A stretch of DNA of 64,000 nucleotides from an uncultured Gemmatimonadales bacterium. Its GTDB lineage: Bacteria; Gemmatimonadota; Gemmatimonadetes; Longimicrobiales; RSA9. A program made the translations under genes and the position numbers. The notes beneath the pieces were generated by a model. That model made no database searches and was not told the origin of the DNA. It was given only the letters and a program-made list of their open reading frames with translations. Below, piece by piece: positions 58,813 through 64,000 of this stretch (its first letter is position 1; each line of letters starts with the position of its first letter). The DNA is taken from positions 2,816,001 to 2,880,000 of the forward strand of contig OY970192.1 of assembly GCA_963708135.1 (NCBI GenBank), in the 5' to 3' direction.

Positions 58813-59049
58813 TCTCTTCGGCCTCCCTCCAGTCGTGATCCGGCTTGTGCACACCGCGCGTCTCGCGCACTCCGGAAGTGCCCCGCTGAGACCATGCCAG
58901 CGCCGGACGAGCGTCACGACAGGCAGGCCCGACGCCCGCGGGCGTCACACCACCCGGGCGCCGCGCGCGGAGAATTGCCCCGCGCGCCGTGCGGCCGTAC
59001 CATGCGCCGTCCCGTGCATGCAGCCCCCCAGCGCCGAGAGGCCCGCCCC

Positions 59050-61720
59050 ATGACCCAACGCTCCATCCTCGCCGCCGCGCTGCTCCTCGCCGCGCCGGCG
59101 GCGGTACTTGCACAACGCGGCCGCAGGGCCGCGCCCGCCGCGACGCCCGCACCGCTCGACTCGCTCGCCCTCTCCGCCCTCCACGCCCGCGCCATCGGTC
59201 CCGCCATCATGGGCGGCCGGATCAGCGACATCGCGCTCGACCCCTCGGACTCCCGCACCTTCTACGTCGGCCTCGCCACGGGCGGGGTGATGAAGACGAC
59301 GAACGACGGCGCGACCTTCGACGCGGTCTTCGCCGACCAGCCCGTCGCTTCCATCGGGGCGGTGGCGGTGGCGCCGAGCGACTCGAGCGTGGTGTGGGTG
59401 GGCACGGGCGAGGCGAACGACCGGAACAGCTCGCAGTGGGGCAACGGCGTGTGGCGCTCGACCAATGGCGGCTCGACGTGGAAGCACGTGGGCCTCGAGG
59501 GGACGCGCACGATCGCGCGCATCGCCGTCTCGCCGACGGACCCGAAGACCGCGTACGTGGCGGCAATGGGCAACCTGTGGGTGCCCAACAAGGAGCGCGG
59601 GCTCTACAGGACCACGGACGGCGGCGCCACGTGGAAGAAGGTGCTCGCGGCGGCGGCGCCCTACGACGACCGCGTGGGCGCGGGTGACGTCGCCATCGAT
59701 CCGCAGCATCCGAGCACGGTGTACGCGGCGCTCTACGCCCGGCGACGCCGCCCCTGGTCCTTCACCGCCGGCCCCGCCGCCACGGACGGCAAGGACCTCG
59801 GCGGCATCTTCAAGTTGAACGGACGGCGGCGAGACGTGGACGAAGCTCGGCGGCGGGCTGCCGTCGGGGACGCGTCGCATCGGGCTGTCCGTGTACGCGA
59901 AGGACCCGCGCGTGATCTACGCGATCGTGGAGACGAACGCGGGCGGCGCCATAAACATCGACCAGTCCAGGAGCAAGGAGGGCGGCGTCTTCCGCACCAC
60001 GGACGGCGGCGCGACGTGGACGCGCGCGAGCCCGCTCGACGCGCGCGCCTTCTACTTCAGCCAGATCCGGGTGGACCCGACCGACTCCTCGCGCGTCTAC
60101 GTGCTGGACTCGATGGTCCACGTCTCGGAGAACGGCGGGCGCACGTGGCGCGAGGACCGCTTCAGCCACGTGCACCCCGACAACCACGCGCTCCTCATCG
60201 ACGCGCGCGACCCGAAGCACCTGCTCCTCGGCACCGACGGCGGCCTCTACGAGAGCTACGACCGCGGCGGGCTGTGGGCGCACCTGAACCGCTTCGCGGG
60301 CGGCGAGTTCTACCGCATCTCGGTGGACTCGATGAAGCCGCACTACCGCATCTGCGGCGGGCTCCAGGACAACATCAACTGGGTCGGCCCGAGCCAGACG
60401 GACTCGAAGGAGAGGATCCGCAACTCCGACTGGACCGCCATCGACGGCGGCGACGGCTTTTACTGCGTCTTCGGCCGCAAGCCGAGCCAGATCTTCACGG
60501 AGAGCCAGCAGGGCAGCGTGTACCGCTACGACCTGGCCACCGGCCAGGAGAAGTACCTCCAGCCGACGCCCGCGGAGGGACAGCCCGCGTACCGCTTCGG
60601 CTGGAACTCGCCGCTGATCGCGAGCCTGCACGACCCCGACGCCATGTACCTGGGCGGCAACCGCGTCTTCAAGCTGACGGACAACGGCGAGCACGAGCAG
60701 GCCATCAGCCCCGACCTCTCGACACAGAACCTCGAGCGCATCATGGCGACGGGGAGCGGCGCCGAGACCTACGGCGTGGTCTACGCGCTCGCCGAATCAC
60801 CGCGCCAGGCGGGGCTCCTCTGGGCCGGGACCGATGACGGCAAGCTCTGGCTCACGCACGATGATGGCGCCCACTGGACCGACCTGACGGCGACGCTGCC
60901 CCCGGAGGCGAAGGGGCACTGGATCCAGCGCATCGCGCCGAGCGTGACCTCGCCCGACGTCGCCTACCTCGCGGTGAACGCGTACCGCGACGGCGACGAC
61001 CGGCCCATGCTCTGGCGCACGGAGGACGGCGGCAAGACGTGGCGCTCCATCGCCGCCGGGCTGCCCGCGGACGGGCCCGTCGAGGTCGTCTACGAGGACC
61101 GCTTCGACCCCGAGCTGCTCTACGCCGGCACCATGTTCGGCCTGTATGCGAGCCCCGACCGCGGCGCCACGTGGACGAAGCTCGGCGGGCTGCCCACGGT
61201 GGCCGTGGACGACATCGAGCTCCAGGGCGCGACGCGCGACCTGGTCATCGCCACGCACGGCCGCTCGCTCTATGTCGTGGACGATGTCCGCCCGCTCGAG
61301 GAGCTCACGCCCGCCGTGCGCGACTCCGCCGCCTACCTCTTCCAGCCGCCGGCCGGCCACGCCGTCGTGCGCCAGGCCGGATTCAGCGACTGGAACGGCG
61401 GCGCCGTCTACCGCGGCGAGAACCCGCCCGAGGGCATCCCCCTCGACTTCTGGGTGAAGGGCTACACGGGCAAGGAGGTCAAGATCAGCGTGAAGGACGC
61501 GAACGGTGTGCCCGTCGCCAACCTCTCGGCGCCCGGCACGCCGGGGCTCGGCCGGGTGTGGTGGGACCTCAAGCCCAGCGCGGACGTGCTCACGCCCTAC
61601 GGCGGCGAGGGGAGGCTGTTCGTGCCGGCGGGGACGTACACGGTGACGCTGTCGTACGGGGCGGTGTCGCAGTCGCGGCAGGTCGAGGTCACGGTGGCCC
61701 CGGGGGTGGAGACGCGCTGA
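59050..61720 (+). pseudogene. Second BNR/VPS10-type beta-propeller protein with a +1 frameshift near 59815
   Basis: RAIGPAIMGGRI N-terminus. GIFK|TDGGETWTKL is broken by one extra base, and the repeats continue in the frame of ORF 59891-61720. Confidence 0.8.
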
Positions 61721-61763
61721 GCGGGGGGGCGGCTCCCGGCCTGGCGGCGCAGGGGACGCCCGC

Positions 61764-62216
61764 TCACCACAGCCCCGGCCACGGCGCCGAGATCTCGACC
61801 GGCAGCACCTCCGACAGCGTCTCGAAATCCGCGGCGTTCTCCGTCACGAGCACGAAGCCGTGCTCGCGGGCGGAGGCGGCAATGAGGCAGTCGTTCAGGA
61901 AGGAGCGCGTGATCCCCGCGCCGGCGCTCCGCTTGCCGGTGCGGACCAGCCTCGCGAGCGCCGCACCCGCGCGCGTCCAGGCCTCATGGCTCGGCGTAAC
62001 GACGCGGCCGCGGCGCTCGAACGGCTCGATCAGCGCCCGGCGCGTGCGCCGCTCGAGGCCGGGCGCGATGGCACCGGCCAGAAGCTCGAGCGCCACGACG
62101 GAGTGGAGCCAGAGCCAGGGCGCCGCCGCGATGGTGAACGCCTCCAGCTCGCGCGCCGCGGCTTCCTCCCGCGCGGCCCGGATATAGACGTTCGTGTCCA
62201 GCACGCATGGCCGCAC
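61764..62216 (-). CDS. vapC: Type II TA toxin, VapC/PIN family
   Basis: VLDTNV, VALEL..G, ND.LIAASA and VTEN..DF. Confidence 0.9.
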   Translation of the reverse strand: MRPCVLDTNVYIRAAREEAAARELEAFTIAAAPWLWLHSVVALELLAGAIAPGLERRTRRALIEPFERRGRVVTPSHEAWTRAGAALARLVRTGKRSAGAGITRSFLNDCLIAASAREHGFVLVTENAADFETLSEVLPVEISAPWPGLW

Positions 62217-62498
62217 TCAGCCCTCGCCAAAGAGGTCCTCCAGCGGCGCGCCACGCATCGCACGGATACCCTTCACCAGCTCGTCGCGGAAGACGACGAG
62301 GTCCAGCGCCGCCTCGATCGTCTCCGTCTCCGTCGCCGTGCCGAGCGCCTTCCGCGCCGCATCGATCTTGGACTGGTGCAGCCTCAGGTTCTTCCTCGTC
62401 GATGGCTCTGCGGCCGCCCTCTCGGCCGCATACGCGGGCGCGACCTCCGCGACCCTGGCGGGCCAATCCTTCCCAGCCCCCTTCCCGGATCCAGCCAT
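62217..62498 (-). CDS. VapB-like antitoxin
   Basis: RKNLRL....IDAARKALGT.TETETIEAAL; adjacent to vapC; GGAGG RBS. Confidence 0.8.
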   Translation of the reverse strand: MAGSGKGAGKDWPARVAEVAPAYAAERAAAEPSTRKNLRLHQSKIDAARKALGTATETETIEAALDLVVFRDELVKGIRAMRGAPLEDLFGEG

Positions 62499-62520
62499 TC
62501 TCCTACCTCCGCTCATGACC

Positions 62521-62555
62521 TGCACAAGTCTACTACTCTGTACAGACCGCGTCAA
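62521..62555 (-). promoter_or_regulatory. Promoter/operator of vapBC
   Basis: TTGACG-N17-TAGACT with a CTGTACAG palindrome in the spacer. Confidence 0.55.
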
Positions 62556-62684
62556 CCTCGTCACCGGACCCGCAGCACCCCGTCCCGTGCTTCGTGCCGG
62601 CCGGTGGCGACGTCGGTGACACGAGGTGCTGGCGCCGCTCACGTTCGGCGCCGTCGGCTTCGTCGTGTGCCGCCCCGCGGAGTC

Positions 62685-62853
62685 GTGAACTCCCCACCCG
62701 TCCCCTGGCGCAGAGGCGGTTGGGGAGTTGACCGCGCTATTCGTTGTCAACTCCCCAACCCTCGGAGTTCGACTGGAACGGTTGGGGACTTTGCCGCGCT
62801 ATTCGCGGTCAAGTCCCCAACCGTCGGTTCGACGGCCGACGCGTGGGGACTTT
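62685..62853. repeat. REP-like array of six alternating inverted repeats
   Basis: GGTTGGGGA(G/C)TT / AA(C/G)TCCCCAACC units with about 62-bp periodicity. Confidence 0.85.
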
Positions 62854-62944
62854 CCTCCTCTCGCCGGCCCAATGGTTCGGCGCGGGCAGCGCGCGAGCGG
62901 CTCGGCGCGCGACCGGTTCGGCGCGGCCATCGCGCAACGCACCG

Positions 62945-64000
62945 TCAGCGCAGCAGGATGGGCGTGCTGCGCTTGGCCGTCCGGCCGTCGCCGGCGGTGA
63001 TGTGCACCGTGAGGGTGTAGGCGCCCGGCTCGAGCGCGGAGAGGTCGAGGCTGCGCCGGCTGCGGTCGTCGGCGCCGCGCTGCTCGTCCTCGAAGCGGAT
63101 CTCCAGGCGGCGGTGGCGCTTGAAGGGGAGGCCGCCGCGGCGCTCGACCGTGATCGTCGTGGCGAGCCCGTCGCCGTCGGAGGCGCCGTAGGCCTCGTAG
63201 TAGAGGACGACCCGGCGCTGCGCGGCGGGGAGCGCGTGGTTCGGCAGGAGGGTGAGCGGCGGGCCGCCGCCCCTGGTCCAGCGGCCGGCCGGCCCCGGCA
63301 CGCCGAGGGCGAGCGCGGAGAGCTCCAGCCGGCCCGGCACGCGCATCCGGCGAAGCGCCACCGTGTCGCCGCGGACGAACCCCGCGCCGGCGAGGATGGG
63401 GCCGCGGTCGGGCCGGTCGGCCGTTGGGGCGACGGCGGCGCCGGGCGCCTGCACGCGCAGCGCGTACACGTGGGGCCCGGCGGCCAGGCGGAGCGGCAGA
63501 TCGAGCTCCAGCAGCGCACCGGGGGGCAGCGTGGCGGAAGCGAAGCGCGCGAGCGTGTCGACGCTCGCCACCATGCGGCCGGAATCGAGGACGGAGAGCA
63601 CGGCCCGGACGGCGTACTCGCCTCCCCCGCCGGAGCCGCCCGGCACGCGCAACGCCTGCGCGGGAACGGCGATGGCGAGGGTGACGTCGCTCGAAGTCGG
63701 GCGAGGCGGAGGCGAAATCGAGGAGCTCGAAGGCGGCCGGAAGCGTCTCGGCGAAGCGGGGCGCGGCGCTCTCGCTCGAGGCCACGTGGTCGGCGGTGCG
63801 CTGGCCGAGCTGGTCGAGGGCCTGATCGTCCTGGAGCCGGGCGAGGTTGTTGCCGCCATGCAGGAAGAGGCGGCGGTAGCGGCCGTCGTAATCCGCGAGG
63901 CGGCCGATGAGCTCCGCCCGGTTCGCGCAGGCGCCGGGGTCGAGCTCATCCGGACCCGCGGCGAGGACGTAGTCGCGCAGGCTTTTGAGACCGGAGAACG
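62945..64000 (-). CDS. Hypothetical protein with C-terminal Ig-like domain (reminiscent of GWxTD-associated proteins); 5' end off the window; apparent frameshift near 63695
   Basis: LYYEAYG...SLDLS.LEPGAYTL.V C-terminus; the upstream coding frame differs from the downstream one. Confidence 0.55.
   Translation of the reverse strand, partial: RSPVSKACATTSSPRVRMSSTPAPARTGRSSSAASRITTAATAASSCMAATTSPGSRTIRPSTSSASAPPTTWPRARAPRPASPRRFRPPSSSSISPPPRPTSSDVTLAIAVPAQALRVPGGSGGGGEYAVRAVLSVLDSGRMVASVDTLARFASATLPPGALLELDLPLRLAAGPHVYALRVQAPGAAVAPTADRPDRGPILAGAGFVRGDTVALRRMRVPGRLELSALALGVPGPAGRWTRGGGPPLTLLPNHALPAAQRRVVLYYEAYGASDGDGLATTITVERRGGLPFKRHRRLEIRFEDEQRGADDRSRRSLDLSALEPGAYTLTVHITAGDGRTAKRSTPILLR

Overview
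This is a 64-kb stretch of very GC-rich bacterial chromosome. Tandem Ser/Thr kinase-propeller genes, a PadR-ADOP pair, BNR/VPS10 proteins and many secreted peptidases suggest Gemmatimonadota or an Acidobacteriota-like lineage (inference only). Catabolic, transport and housekeeping genes include a penicillin acylase, a FAD oxidase, OmpA, an MFS transporter, S9 and M13 peptidases, a serine hydrolase, an amidase, two MscS channels, an RND/TolC pump with a two-component system, phhB, msrB, ftsH, cydAB and nirK. Accessory features are: (1) an arsM-metallophosphoesterase-acr3 operon with two ATCAA-N6-TTGAT operators, no adjacent arsR and an in-frame TAA in arsM; (2) four toxin-antitoxin-like modules; (3) a decayed integron with a frameshifted intI remnant, a clear attC, a DHFR-family cassette and a trail of gene fragments; (4) an intact IS1380-family element with a 5-bp target duplication that splits an outer-membrane beta-barrel gene; (5) recombination scars, namely a duplicated S9 3' end and a 50-bp kinase remnant; (6) several unexplained intergenic repeats, including a 280-bp duplicated unit within heptamer tracts, a 16-unit variant minisatellite and a REP-like palindrome array. 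No rRNA, tRNA or CRISPR array was recognised. All calls are from motif recognition by eye, with no database searches. Some single-base lesions may be sequencing errors.
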